DNA of 63,853 nucleotides, filler included, from Lama guanicoe (GCA_013239625.1; 209 parts of 209 records of this genome joined end to end with filler, not necessarily neighbours in it), one strand, 5' to 3'. Shown: positions 1-13,601, counted from the first letter of the whole stretch. The notes: generated from the letters alone by a model not told the origin. Program-made: numbers and translations.

Positions 1-206
1 CACATTCAACATGCCAACTAAAGACTGGCACTTGCTGTCCACCTCTAAAGGATCAAATCACAAGCCATTGTGGCCGCTGACCTTTAACAGACCCTGCGAG
101 GAGTTCAGGGTGGAGACCAGGAATGAGGTGCTCTGTGCTCTAGGGAAAAACTGGTGTGACAGGCCTTCAGATGGTTAGATATTTTCAGAAGATTTTATGA
201 GTCCAA
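1..206 (+). mobile_element. ERV LTR fragment, cetartiodactyl type
   Basis: The motif gagttcagggtggaga..caggaatgagg..ctctgtgctc..gggaaaaactgg..cttcagatggttagatattttcag resembles recalled artiodactyl LTR sequence. Confidence 0.55.
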
Positions 207-306
207 NNNNNNNNNNNNNNNNNNNNNNNNNNNNNNNNNNNNNNNNNNNNTTAATTAATTAANNNNNNNNNNNNNNNNNNNNNNNNNNNNNNNNNNNNNN
301 NNNNNN

Positions 307-512
307 CCTCCCCCAGGACCGGAGCGGGTGTGATGTCCTTGCTGCCGCCGCCGCCCCCCCATTCCGCCGCGCACCAGCCCCGGGGGCGCCGGCCTCGCGG
401 AGCCGCCCGATTCCGCCCCGGCCTGGGGCTTCCAGGAGGGTCGCGCAGCCCCAGGCTATGACGCAGGCGCCCACTTGGTAACTCTGCCATCTTCCTGCTC
501 CCTCCTCCTCCC
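307..512 (-). promoter_or_regulatory. CpG-island fragment; reverse-complement near-copy of 46818-47023
   Basis: Very GC/CpG rich, with a GC box (ggggcgg) and a YY1-type aagatggc motif on the minus strand; 6 mismatches to 46818-47023. Confidence 0.6.
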
Positions 513-612
513 NNNNNNNNNNNNNNNNNNNNNNNNNNNNNNNNNNNNNNNNNNNNTTAATTAATTAANNNNNNNNNNNNNNNNNNNNNNNNNNNNNNNN
601 NNNNNNNNNNNN

Positions 613-817
613 TTGACTGGTGTGAGGTGATACCTCATTGTAGTTTTGATTTGCATTTCTTGTATAATTAGCAATATTGAGAATCTTTTCATGTGCCTGT
701 TGGCCATTTGTATCTCTTCACTGGAGAAATATCTGCTTAGGGCTTCTGCCCATTTTTTAATTGGGTTGTTATTTTTTATTGAGTTTTATGAGCTGTTTGT
801 ATATTTTGGAAATTAAG
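613..817 (-). mobile_element. LINE-1 ORF2 3' fragment
   Basis: ggtgtgaggtgatacctcattgtagttttgatttgcatttct is a canonical antisense L1 motif. Confidence 0.92.
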
Positions 818-1835
818 NNNNNNNNNNNNNNNNNNNNNNNNNNNNNNNNNNNNNNNNNNNNTTAATTAATTAANNNNNNNNNNNNNNNNNNNNNNNNNNN
901 NNNNNNNNNNNNNNNNNAGGCCATGGGACCGAAATCAGGGGTGAGAACCTGTCACCCACCTTGGGTAGACATGCACAGGAAGAGCCTGTCAGAGATAGTT
1001 TGGGTCAAATTTGTCTTCCACGCTACAGTGGTCTGATTCTTCTTTTTGAACAATGTCCCTGGCCTTTCTTTGTTTGTCCAAAGAGACTGGTAGCCTTGCC
1101 TCTGTGTTAGGTGAGGTGGTGTCNNNNNNNNNNNNNNNNNNNNNNNNNNNNNNNNNNNNNNNNNNNNTTAATTAATTAANNNNNNNNNNNNNNNNNNNNN
1201 NNNNNNNNNNNNNNNNNNNNNNNCCCAGAAGACACGTGCAAGGGTGGGTGTGGCAGCATTCACAGCAAAAGAATGGAAACAACTCACACGTTGTTGGAGG
1301 AGGTCAACAAGAGAACACGACCACCAGTTGACCCTCGAGCAAGACCAAGGCAATGAGAGGCCTCTCACTCGGTCCCTTGACCTCAAAATATACATTCTGC
1401 CCACCATTCCCACTGTAGGAGCCTTTCCANNNNNNNNNNNNNNNNNNNNNNNNNNNNNNNNNNNNNNNNNNNNTTAATTAATTAANNNNNNNNNNNNNNN
1501 NNNNNNNNNNNNNNNNNNNNNNNNNNNNNTTTTTTTTTCAACGGAGGCCACCAATCCAGATTTGAGATTCAACCTTTTTCATCCTGTACCCAAGTAGGAA
1601 AAATTTAAGAGCATAAAGCCAGTAGCTGGCATCAAATAACCTTGGTTACTAGTCCCTACCTGATCTTGATCCCTCATTTACAATAACTGGCCAAGCCTTT
1701 GCCATGAGCCCCAGTTCCAGCTGGCTATTAGCCGTNNNNNNNNNNNNNNNNNNNNNNNNNNNNNNNNNNNNNNNNNNNNTTAATTAATTAANNNNNNNNN
1801 NNNNNNNNNNNNNNNNNNNNNNNNNNNNNNNNNNN

Positions 1836-2035
1836 TGCTGTGCAACTCTTTGTGGATATTTGTTTTCATTTTGCTTGGGTAAATATCATAACCAGCTTAG
1901 TTAGTAATAAAATGAATTATTTTTCATTTTTTGAGGACTCTCCATACTATTTTCCATAGTGGCTGCACCAGTTTGCATTCCCACCAACAGTATACGTGGG
2001 TTCTCTTTTCTTCACATCTTTGCCAACATTTGACT
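1836..2035 (-). mobile_element. LINE-1 ORF2 3' fragment
   Basis: ctccatactattttccatagtggctgcaccagtttgcattcccaccaacagt. Confidence 0.9.
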
Positions 2036-2216
2036 TTTTTTNNNNNNNNNNNNNNNNNNNNNNNNNNNNNNNNNNNNNNNNNNNNTTAATTAATTAANNN
2101 NNNNNNNNNNNNNNNNNNNNNNNNNNNNNNNNNNNNNNNNNTTTAAGAAAAGATAATTACAGACCAGCCTTTCTCATCTCATCATCATAGCTGCAAAAGT
2201 ATTAGCAAGCCAGATT

Positions 2217-2250
2217 GATCGATCGATCGATCGATCGATCTATCTATCTA
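2217..2250. repeat. Compound microsatellite (GATC)6 followed by (TATC)n
   Basis: Read directly from the sequence. Confidence 0.9.
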
Positions 2251-4283
2251 CATATTACTAATACATATGTATGTAAACATATATGAGTGTGTGTTATTGA
2301 CAATGCCATGTGTGCATCTGCACATGTACTTGTGTGTGTATAAACTGNNNNNNNNNNNNNNNNNNNNNNNNNNNNNNNNNNNNNNNNNNNNTTAATTAAT
2401 TAANNNNNNNNNNNNNNNNNNNNNNNNNNNNNNNNNNNNNNNNNNNNAAAAATAATTATGCAACAATGTTGGCAGATAGTTCAAAAGCATCAATGTGTAA
2501 ATAATTAACTATTAGCTCTGTGTCATGTAAATGAAAAACAACTTCAATTAACTTACATTTTCCTTACAATGGAAAATTCAGAATATTTTATTTAATTTAT
2601 TATGGAAGTTAAAGCTGGTGTTATCTGTTGAATATGGGAAAGACTGAAAAAAANNNNNNNNNNNNNNNNNNNNNNNNNNNNNNNNNNNNNNNNNNNNTTA
2701 ATTAATTAANNNNNNNNNNNNNNNNNNNNNNNNNNNNNNNNNNNNNNNNNNNNGATGAAATTGTTACTAATTTCTTTGGAGAAAGGGTTACAGCCCTTGA
2801 GCGCTCTGTGGCCAAGCGAACGCAGCTGTCTGATGGTGCACACCTTCTAGCTCTAAGGCACGGCTGGGAGCAGGCCACCTCCCTTTGCAAAGTCCTCTAA
2901 AGCTGCCACTCTTCTTGAACAAAGTCTAAAAATCTCCAGCCTCCCTTTGAAAGCTTTCCNNNNNNNNNNNNNNNNNNNNNNNNNNNNNNNNNNNNNNNNN
3001 NNNTTAATTAATTAANNNNNNNNNNNNNNNNNNNNNNNNNNNNNNNNNNNNNNNNNNNNGAGGCACAGCATGCTATTTCCATTTTCTGCACATTGCTTTT
3101 TTTAGTTACCAATACATGCTGGAAATCATTTCAAAGAATACACAGAAATCTTTGTCATCCTTTGGAAAACTACTTTTAACCTAGAACTTTACACTCAGCC
3201 AAACTGTCAATCAAGTATTAGGGTAGAATAAAGACATTTTCTACCACGCGAGAATTTAGAAAATGNNNNNNNNNNNNNNNNNNNNNNNNNNNNNNNNNNN
3301 NNNNNNNNNTTAATTAATTAANNNNNNNNNNNNNNNNNNNNNNNNNNNNNNNNNNNNNNNNNNNNGTTCCAGAATGATTCCAGTCTGCCATCAAGCCTTC
3401 TGAATACCCAGGCTGGTGTTATATATAGCGTCTTACAGCCAGGGTTTTGTCTTTGTTCCAATAATGTCCACTTACATAGTATATGTCCTTGAGAAGCTGT
3501 AACGCATTAAACCTCACAAATCAGGCCATTTGGCAGGAGAAAGCAGATAAGGACTGAGTGACATAGAATGANNNNNNNNNNNNNNNNNNNNNNNNNNNNN
3601 NNNNNNNNNNNNNNNTTAATTAATTAANNNNNNNNNNNNNNNNNNNNNNNNNNNNNNNNNNNNNNNNNNNNGTGCATTTATTAAATCCTATTTCACTGGC
3701 TTCTGTCCATCTGCCTGTGGGTACTTCCATGCCATTCGTCTTCTCAGTTTTTCCTTCAAGCTCAATTCTTTCCTTCAAGGTCGTTTTCCCCCATATGTTT
3801 GTATATGTCCATTTACTTACTAGTTATGCAAAACTCTGTCCTCTGCAGTCTGGGCTGCTTCCCAACCGCAAGTGATGNNNNNNNNNNNNNNNNNNNNNNN
3901 NNNNNNNNNNNNNNNNNNNNNTTAATTAATTAANNNNNNNNNNNNNNNNNNNNNNNNNNNNNNNNNNNNNNNNNNNNTGATTGATATCAAAAAAAAAAAA
4001 TCCTAACTGATAACTGGGATGGATAGTTAGATAGATAGATGATAGACAGAAAAAGAGAGAGAGAGGATGTTGTTATTAATAGAAAGACAAAAAATAAACA
4101 CCGATAATGACGAGCTTGTTTGCTCAATTCCATTGCACAAAGGCTTTTCCCTAGCTGTTATCCAAGGAGATATTCCAGAGGGTNNNNNNNNNNNNNNNNN
4201 NNNNNNNNNNNNNNNNNNNNNNNNNNNTTAATTAATTAANNNNNNNNNNNNNNNNNNNNNNNNNNNNNNNNNNNNNNNNNNNN

Positions 4284-4489
4284 TTTCCACCCTGAAGGGC
4301 CTCCTGCAGGAGGTGGCCGAGCGGAGCGTGCTACCCGGCGTGAGGCTGCTGAGAGGCATCGCGGGCGTCCTGCGCAGGTGCGAGGGCCTGCGGTGCCCCG
4401 CCTTCTACTCCTTCCAGCTGCGCCGCGAAGGCTGCAGCCTCCCCCGCAGCACTCGGCTCTGCGCAAAATCATCCAGACGTTCCGGGAGG
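4284..4489 (+). pseudogene. TRIM75/TRIM60-like segment (coiled-coil to PRY linker) with an apparent 1-bp frameshift
   Basis: The frame from 4286 reads STLKGLLQEVAERSVLPGVRLLRGIAGVLRRCEGLRCPAFYSFQLRREGCSLP. After a shift in the C5 run at 4441-4445 it continues PQHSALRKIIQTFRE, matching the TRIM60/75 SLPPQYSxLxxII..F motif. Confidence 0.7.
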
Positions 4490-5204
4490 NNNNNNNNNNN
4501 NNNNNNNNNNNNNNNNNNNNNNNNNNNNNNNNNTTAATTAATTAANNNNNNNNNNNNNNNNNNNNNNNNNNNNNNNNNNNNNNNNNNNNCTGTTCTTACG
4601 GCCTCGGACAAGACCCACAAACACACACGTTTGTAACCTGTGGGGTGCTGGTAATTTACTGTCAATACCGCAGTTGCTGATAGCGAGGTAACACGTTGTC
4701 ACACACTGCTTGATTATACCATCCTTGGAGTTTCAGCTGTCTGTTACTAGAGGCTTCCGTGATGGCATCGCATGCTAAGACAAGGGGTGGGAAAANNNNN
4801 NNNNNNNNNNNNNNNNNNNNNNNNNNNNNNNNNNNNNNNTTAATTAATTAANNNNNNNNNNNNNNNNNNNNNNNNNNNNNNNNNNNNNNNNNNNNACACA
4901 AATTGTAAATTACACTTCAATTTTAAAAATGGTTAATAAAAAAACTACACTTCAATTAAAAAAAAAGAAAAAAGAAAATGCAATGACCCAAGTGAAAACC
5001 CAGTGGATAGTCTCAACACCAGAATGGAGGAGACAGAGTAAAAATTAGTGATCTGGAAGATAGAATGATAGAAATTACTGAATCTGAACAAATGTAAACA
5101 GNNNNNNNNNNNNNNNNNNNNNNNNNNNNNNNNNNNNNNNNNNNNTTAATTAATTAANNNNNNNNNNNNNNNNNNNNNNNNNNNNNNNNNNNNNNNNNNN
5201 NACC

Positions 5205-5350
5205 AGCTCAGCCGCACAGGACCCCTCACTCAGGAGGGCCCCGCACTTGGGAACTAATGCTCCGTGGTCACCATCTTAAAGCTCTCGATAATTTCATCTT
5301 TGAATTTATGCTTGCTAAGTGAGGTCCAGTGGGACCGTGGAGCATGCGCT
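5205..5350 (+). mobile_element. hAT-type DNA transposon relic (MER53-like terminus)
   Basis: cagccgcacaggacccc..ctcaggagggccccgcacttgg..taatgctc..ccatcttaaa resembles the recalled MER53 consensus. Confidence 0.5.
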
Positions 5351-7649
5351 GGGGGTCACACCTCCCACCACCTCCTCTCCTCTCCAGGATGGGTTCTCAG
5401 CTCTCCANNNNNNNNNNNNNNNNNNNNNNNNNNNNNNNNNNNNNNNNNNNNTTAATTAATTAANNNNNNNNNNNNNNNNNNNNNNNNNNNNNNNNNNNNN
5501 NNNNNNNTGTTAGGTCTTCGATGCTAACAGCAAAATTCAATCTTAGGTTGATACTTGTTTTCCTTTTACCCTTTGAGGGTGATACTCGATTGTTCTTAGC
5601 ATCTGTTACTATGAACAAGAGGTCTGCTGTTAGTCTAATTTTTCTATCTTCTTTTTCGATAATCGTAAAGATTTCCCCATAACCCTTGCTATTTTTTAAT
5701 GTGTCTGTGACTGNNNNNNNNNNNNNNNNNNNNNNNNNNNNNNNNNNNNNNNNNNNNTTAATTAATTAANNNNNNNNNNNNNNNNNNNNNNNNNNNNNNN
5801 NNNNNNNNNNNNNCAGTAATGTTAAGCAAATAGAAGTCAAAATAAAGAGTAGTATTATAGATGAAGAGAGACATGATAAAATGATAAATTTATCATTTTA
5901 AGAAGATGTAGTAATAATAATAATAAATCTATTTCAAAATACATAAAACAAAAATTTTATAACTAAACAGAGAAATAGATGATTCCTCTGTTAAAGTCAG
6001 AAAATTAACATCCCTTTCTNNNNNNNNNNNNNNNNNNNNNNNNNNNNNNNNNNNNNNNNNNNNTTAATTAATTAANNNNNNNNNNNNNNNNNNNNNNNNN
6101 NNNNNNNNNNNNNNNNNNNATCATACTGGAAAAGGTTTACCAACGCTGGGGAAGATGTGAGTGTTCTGCTTACACTGAAGCGACCCTTTCTGAAAAGCAT
6201 TCCAGCATCGTGTAAATTTCTTAACATCCTTTATAACTTTTGATCCTGTAAATCTACTCCTAAGAACCTACTTTGCGGGAACTGAGATGGAGCCAAAGGT
6301 TATGCACAGGAATGCCAATCTCAGANNNNNNNNNNNNNNNNNNNNNNNNNNNNNNNNNNNNNNNNNNNNTTAATTAATTAANNNNNNNNNNNNNNNNNNN
6401 NNNNNNNNNNNNNNNNNNNNNNNNNATACAAAGATGGGTAAGACATAGCTCCTGTTCTCGGAAACTCGTAGGCACGGTGGAGACAGGCAGGTAAACAGAC
6501 CATCGCGACACAGGGTGATAGATGCAGTGAGAGACAGATTGCTCCGCCTATTATGGGACCCAGAAGAGAGGCACCCAGCCCGGCTCGGGGGAGTGGAGAA
6601 AATTCTGCTTGTTAGAGTAGCTTCCGGTGAGNNNNNNNNNNNNNNNNNNNNNNNNNNNNNNNNNNNNNNNNNNNNTTAATTAATTAANNNNNNNNNNNNN
6701 NNNNNNNNNNNNNNNNNNNNNNNNNNNNNNNCCGTTGTGCCATCTGGAACTTGCAGCATCCTCATGTGCCGGGAGAAGTACATGGAGAGCTCATCATTTT
6801 CTCATGCTTCAGGCTAGAAGTGCTTCCTGCCAATTTCTCTCACAGCAGATTGGTTGGAATTAGTCACGTGGCTTTACTTAGCAACAAGGGGATTGAGGTT
6901 TGTCTTGCCTTCCTTATGACTAGGAAAGAAAAAAAAANNNNNNNNNNNNNNNNNNNNNNNNNNNNNNNNNNNNNNNNNNNNTTAATTAATTAANNNNNNN
7001 NNNNNNNNNNNNNNNNNNNNNNNNNNNNNNNNNNNNNTACTCCTCTTCCACCCTCCTTCAACCTTCCCCTGTGCTGCGTGAGCGCTTTCTGTTTGAGTCC
7101 TGCACCCCAGCCGTAGAAAGCAATCCTTAAGTCCAACTTTGCCAGGGACCTATAAAATGTTCTTCAGGCTTTAAGAACGAAAATAGAAAACTGTGAAGTT
7201 GGAAGTAATAGACGTTTGACTAAACGTTTAGGACATGTAACATNNNNNNNNNNNNNNNNNNNNNNNNNNNNNNNNNNNNNNNNNNNNTTAATTAATTAAN
7301 NNNNNNNNNNNNNNNNNNNNNNNNNNNNNNNNNNNNNNNNNNNACCCCTCCTTCAGGGCCCAGATATCCTCAGTCACCGAATCCCACCACCCTCACCTGA
7401 CCTACCAGATACTAACTGGCACTTACTCAGCACTGACTCTGTGCTGGAGACCACGCTGCACACTGCACACTTTATCTCACTGGATCTCCACAACAGTCCC
7501 GGGAATTGGGTATATCACTGCTTCAATTGATTAGATAAATTGTTTCACTNNNNNNNNNNNNNNNNNNNNNNNNNNNNNNNNNNNNNNNNNNNNTTAATTA
7601 ATTAANNNNNNNNNNNNNNNNNNNNNNNNNNNNNNNNNNNNNNNNNNNN

Positions 7650-7855
7650 TATTCAGCCTTTAAAAAGAAGAAAATCCTACCATTTGCAACAACATGGATG
7701 GACCTTGAGGGCATTATGCCAAGTGAAATCAACCAGACAGAGAAGACAAATACTGCATGGGATCACTGATATGTGGCATCTAAAGAAGAAAAAAATGTTG
7801 ATTGCACAAAAGCAGACAGAGGAATGGTGGTCACCAGGGCTGGTGGTGGGGGGGG
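7650..7855 (+). mobile_element. LINE-1 ORF2 end / 3' UTR
   Basis: catttgcaacaacatggatggaccttgagggcattatgccaagtgaaatcaaccagacagagaagacaaatactgcatg. Confidence 0.92.
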
Positions 7856-7955
7856 NNNNNNNNNNNNNNNNNNNNNNNNNNNNNNNNNNNNNNNNNNNNT
7901 TAATTAATTAANNNNNNNNNNNNNNNNNNNNNNNNNNNNNNNNNNNNNNNNNNNN

Positions 7956-8161
7956 CTTCTTATGGACAAGCAAAGAAATTGGTTTCTTGAGATGGAATCT
8001 ACTGATGAAGATGCTGTGAAGAAGGTTGAAATAACAAAAGACTTAGAAGAGCATATGAACTTAGCTGATAAATTACCACAGAGTGTGAGAGGACTGACTC
8101 CAATTTGGAAAGAAGTTCTACTGTATGTAAAATGTGTCAAATTGCCTGCGACAGAGGACTT
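7956..8161 (+). mobile_element. Tigger1 (TcMar-Tigger) DNA transposon fragment
   Basis: cttcttatggacaagcaaagaaattggtttcttgagatggaatctact...gaggactgactccaatttggaaagaagttctactgt matches the recalled Tigger1 3' region. Confidence 0.88.
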
Positions 8162-11100
8162 NNNNNNNNNNNNNNNNNNNNNNNNNNNNNNNNNNNNNNN
8201 NNNNNTTAATTAATTAANNNNNNNNNNNNNNNNNNNNNNNNNNNNNNNNNNNNNNNNNNNNAAAAACTGTGACTACTATCTAACCTGTCTATAAACTTCT
8301 TGCAAAGTCTATATATGAAACAAAAACATGCAGAAAGGAAGAAAATAAAAGAATGGGAAAGGTATATTGTACTAATAATAATTAAAATAAGGATATTCTA
8401 GTAATATTAAATTTAGAAAAAATAATATTAAAGGCAAAGGCATTTATAGGGATAAAAACAACAGAGANNNNNNNNNNNNNNNNNNNNNNNNNNNNNNNNN
8501 NNNNNNNNNNNTTAATTAATTAANNNNNNNNNNNNNNNNNNNNNNNNNNNNNNNNNNNNNNNNNNNNGAGAATTTTCTACTGCAGAATTCTGAGAGAAGC
8601 TGCATGTTCAAAGCCCATCCCCCAACCTAATAATCTTATTCTGCATGCCTTGTCCTTATTTTTAACCTTTTAAGACTCAAATCCTGTATGTTTCCTCTTC
8701 TCTCCTGAAACAGGGTAAGTTTGCTCCCCTCTTCAGCTTCTTCCCTCCAGCAGGTCACCTGCTGAAAGCCACANNNNNNNNNNNNNNNNNNNNNNNNNNN
8801 NNNNNNNNNNNNNNNNNTTAATTAATTAANNNNNNNNNNNNNNNNNNNNNNNNNNNNNNNNNNNNNNNNNNNNCAATTGTACAGAGTGGTGGCAAGTGAG
8901 GGTGGCTAAGTGCTCTAGAGTGGCTAGATAGTCACAGCTCGGCTTGTCACCAACCCTGAGGCGGGAGGGACAGAGGGAAGGATGCAAAAATAATAGTCAG
9001 CTGAGATGGCTCCAAGAGAAAATTCAGAAACTGTGCATTTAGGTGGGTTGTTTCATCTGAATGCCTCTGATGCATCCTCNNNNNNNNNNNNNNNNNNNNN
9101 NNNNNNNNNNNNNNNNNNNNNNNTTAATTAATTAANNNNNNNNNNNNNNNNNNNNNNNNNNNNNNNNNNNNNNNNNNNNCAGTCTGAAGCTTCTTTAGGC
9201 AAATACCAGGGCCGAGTCTCTGGGCAGAAGCTGCCCTCCCTGCACCCCCAGGAGGGACACTTGCCAACAGGTTGGTAAGGGGCCAGGAAGCCCTCGTGGA
9301 GGCTGGGGCTCTTGTCCTCAAAAGTCAGCCTCAAACTGCTCCCCAGGGACACAAACTCCCTCTGACCAGGGATCTGGTGGCGGGGNNNNNNNNNNNNNNN
9401 NNNNNNNNNNNNNNNNNNNNNNNNNNNNNTTAATTAATTAANNNNNNNNNNNNNNNNNNNNNNNNNNNNNNNNNNNNNNNNNNNNGGGTTCCGCCCTGTG
9501 AGATGAAGGAGCTAGCGCAGGCAGCGCGAGGTCCATGAACGGTCCACCTGCCTGCACGTGAAAGACCTTACCGCGTAAATCCTTTCTATCAGCACTTTAT
9601 CACTTTCTTCCCATCTCCACTGTTATATTAAAAAAAAAAAAGTTCCAGTCATGGGTTTTGATACCCCCCTTAGAAGCGTGCTCCTGTGAGTNNNNNNNNN
9701 NNNNNNNNNNNNNNNNNNNNNNNNNNNNNNNNNNNTTAATTAATTAANNNNNNNNNNNNNNNNNNNNNNNNNNNNNNNNNNNNNNNNNNNNTGCCTCCCA
9801 CAGCCCTTGCTAGCTCATTGTGCTCTCAAGTGCAACCCCCACGTGGTCCTGCATGACTCATGGTGTCCTTCTCCCTAGGACGTGAGTACATGTAATTCAA
9901 AAACTGCTGTCAATCTCATCTGTTCAGTGTTGTGTGTCATATGTTTGACCATTTTATACTATTTAGGGTAGGGATCCCTTCCTCACCAGCAAGGTAANNN
10001 NNNNNNNNNNNNNNNNNNNNNNNNNNNNNNNNNNNNNNNNNTTAATTAATTAANNNNNNNNNNNNNNNNNNNNNNNNNNNNNNNNNNNNNNNNNNNNGTG
10101 GGGTTACCACTGGCATTAATTGCTTATCTGGTTCCTACCTTTTGTCGGGTCCTGGGCTGGGTGCTGGGTGTAAAATGGTGAACAGTCCAAAAAATGTCCC
10201 TGCTCTCATGGAATTTATTTTAGTGAGGAGGGAACCAAACAACCCCAAGCCTCGCTTGTCCACGGCCGCTCACAGTGACCAGCAGATCCCGATCCCAGCT
10301 GAGNNNNNNNNNNNNNNNNNNNNNNNNNNNNNNNNNNNNNNNNNNNNTTAATTAATTAANNNNNNNNNNNNNNNNNNNNNNNNNNNNNNNNNNNNNNNNN
10401 NNNAACAGTAATTATTCCATTAACCTGAAACAGGCATCCTAACTCCTAACTTCTAACTTGCCACAGGTTCAAGGGCAAAGCAGGTGTAAAGGATTGGATG
10501 AAAGCTAGGGATGCATCACACGGTATTAAAAAAGTAATTACACAAAATTTTGAAATAGATATGTGAAAAGAGTCTTGCTCCAAATTGCCCCTGAATTTTA
10601 AACAGCCATNNNNNNNNNNNNNNNNNNNNNNNNNNNNNNNNNNNNNNNNNNNNTTAATTAATTAANNNNNNNNNNNNNNNNNNNNNNNNNNNNNNNNNNN
10701 NNNNNNNNNTCTTGTAACACTTAGTTCCCAAAGAAATGTCATTATTTGACGGATACATGGTTCCTCCATCAGAGGCTGTACGTGATAGGATGTTTATTGA
10801 CGACATAGTGGTGTATGGAACGTTTATGGAGCTGTAAATACAAGGTTTAGGTTTTGTTCTAGGGATGTTAGGGGAGAAAACTGAAACCAAGGAGTTTTAT
10901 AATTCTACTGCAGTANNNNNNNNNNNNNNNNNNNNNNNNNNNNNNNNNNNNNNNNNNNNTTAATTAATTAANNNNNNNNNNNNNNNNNNNNNNNNNNNNN
11001 NNNNNNNNNNNNNNNTGTTTGGTTGCCTAGCAAGATGCCCCATAAGCATTTAAAACGCATAAGAGGTTTGAGTTCGGATAAAGAACATGTTACCAGATGG

Positions 11101-11933
11101 CAACAGTAATTACCCTGTCCCCATACTCAAATTGTGTTTATCCTGTCTTTTGCCTACTAAGTTGCCAGTACGATATCCAGCTTTTCAACCAGAGCACAGC
11201 TTTTCATATTTCCTGCTGGTANNNNNNNNNNNNNNNNNNNNNNNNNNNNNNNNNNNNNNNNNNNNTTAATTAATTAANNNNNNNNNNNNNNNNNNNNNNN
11301 NNNNNNNNNNNNNNNNNNNNNTGTATCAAATAGCTAACATGATACACAGAAGAAAAACAAAGAATTAATCTGAGAAAATCTGAAGCCCGGTATCTGATTG
11401 TAACCCTCAATGGGATATCTTCCATGCACAAAAATGTTAAAGCACAAATAAAGTCTGATAAACCCTGAACTGCACTTGGTGACTTTAAAGTAGGCAGTGG
11501 TATTGGTACAGCGAGTCCAAAACAATTNNNNNNNNNNNNNNNNNNNNNNNNNNNNNNNNNNNNNNNNNNNNTTAATTAATTAANNNNNNNNNNNNNNNNN
11601 NNNNNNNNNNNNNNNNNNNNNNNNNNNCCACAACTTCAATCTTTGTCCATTTGTAAATTATTTCTATTTATGCAAGCCGGCCTGAATGAATTAATGTCAT
11701 AGCCTAACTACAAAGTGCCCTGTCTTGCTTTTACCAAGTCAAATTCTTAATTAATTGACATTTGGACACATTTGGGCTACATTTGTACTACAAAGGTTGT
11801 GTTTGAATTGATCATCCTGTGGTACTAACAATGNNNNNNNNNNNNNNNNNNNNNNNNNNNNNNNNNNNNNNNNNNNNTTAATTAATTAANNNNNNNNNNN
11901 NNNNNNNNNNNNNNNNNNNNNNNNNNNNNNNNN

Positions 11934-12139
11934 TTTTTTTTTTTTAACTGAAGTACAGTCAGTTGCACTGTATCAATCTCTGGTGTGCAACACAATGTCC
12001 CAGTCATGCATATACATACATGTATTCGTTTTCTTTTTTTTAAATTAAAGGTTATTACAAGAAATTGAACATAGTTCCCTGTGCTATGCAGAAGAAACTT
12101 TAAAAATCTGTTTTTATATATAGTGGCTAACATTTGTAA
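11934..12139 (-). mobile_element. Young LINE-1 3' terminus with poly(T)
   Basis: Poly-T, then tgaagtacagtcagttgcactgtatcaatctctggtgtgcaacac...aaattgaacatagttccctgtgcta. Related termini occur near 34020, 46512 and 58250. Confidence 0.85.
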
Positions 12140-13591
12140 NNNNNNNNNNNNNNNNNNNNNNNNNNNNNNNNNNNNNNNNNNNNTTAATTAATTAANNNNN
12201 NNNNNNNNNNNNNNNNNNNNNNNNNNNNNNNNNNNNNNNGAAATCCTGCTGCCTACGTTAATGTTTTCCTTGGCTGGTAAATCAAATACTTTTGCAAGGT
12301 ATCTATCAGAATTGGTTTATGGTTTTTAGAAATTTGATTTAACACAGTGGTTTCTGCTTCCGCCATCGTGAAGTGGAATTGTTGTCTCAGGTTTTAAAGA
12401 CTCACCAGGACAGACATGGACTGATTGTCTTTGGAGATGGGAAATNNNNNNNNNNNNNNNNNNNNNNNNNNNNNNNNNNNNNNNNNNNNTTAATTAATTA
12501 ANNNNNNNNNNNNNNNNNNNNNNNNNNNNNNNNNNNNNNNNNNNNGTCAGCAACCTTTCTTTGTAAAGGTCCTTCTGGATCAGACTCTTAGGTTCTGATT
12601 GTGTGATCATGCGTATAAGATTCAATTTATAGATTGTAAGTAAACGTGGTGTTGACACAAGCACATGCTTTATGGATGGACAGTGATTACCCATCCGTGC
12701 TGTGAGGAGTCTGCTTAGCTTTTCTCAAGTCTGCTTGATAAGAAACCGCACNNNNNNNNNNNNNNNNNNNNNNNNNNNNNNNNNNNNNNNNNNNNTTAAT
12801 TAATTAANNNNNNNNNNNNNNNNNNNNNNNNNNNNNNNNNNNNNNNNNNNNAAAAAAAAAAGAACCAGTTCTGATCAAGGGCGCACCTAAAAGGGAAGAT
12901 GACACCAGCGTGCAGCCCCTTTCTTGTTCTCAAAGACGTGTCCCCAAACACTACAAGGCTGGCTACTGGATTTTTTGGCTGTGTCCAAACCACTTTAGTC
13001 AAAACCAGTGCTCTGCAGATGAACACACTGTCAACCTTTAAAATATTCATCGTCCCCNNNNNNNNNNNNNNNNNNNNNNNNNNNNNNNNNNNNNNNNNNN
13101 NTTAATTAATTAANNNNNNNNNNNNNNNNNNNNNNNNNNNNNNNNNNNNNNNNNNNNGTGTTTTAGGTGACTGGGGCAATATATGCTATTAGATAAATAA
13201 TTAAAATAGGGAAGTCAGTGGTAAAGAAGTAAACAGTTATTTATTAACTAAAATCTACTGAGGACTTCCTGTTATTTCCTTTAATTATTAGCAAGCCCTT
13301 GTAAAATTGGTAATATTATAATTGTTCTATAGAGGAGGAAAGGAAACTTGAGAGAAGAAATAGNNNNNNNNNNNNNNNNNNNNNNNNNNNNNNNNNNNNN
13401 NNNNNNNTTAATTAATTAANNNNNNNNNNNNNNNNNNNNNNNNNNNNNNNNNNNNNNNNNNNNTGCTGGATTCTAGTTGTTCAGAAACTCCGAAAACAAA
13501 GAAAAAAACCGCTCAGAACAGGCCCGTTCAGAGGTTTTGGCCCGACTCCATCGCCTCAGGAGCCGCTCAGCCGGCGGCCAGCGAGCTCACC

Positions 13592-13601
13592 ATGTCGGAA
13601 G
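13592..13601 (+). CDS. Candidate first coding exon (M-S-E, phase 1) in a CpG island; gene unidentified
   Basis: Kozak-like ctcaccATG TCG GAA G followed directly by donor-like gtaggc and GC-rich sequence. Confidence 0.4.

Noticed and set aside
2754..2900. Open frame DEIVTNFFGERVTALERSVAKR..*
   Set aside because: No recognisable motif, and the length is compatible with chance.
11747..11756. TTAATTAATT inside a contig
   Set aside because: Incomplete and not N-flanked; a chance AT-rich match to the linker.
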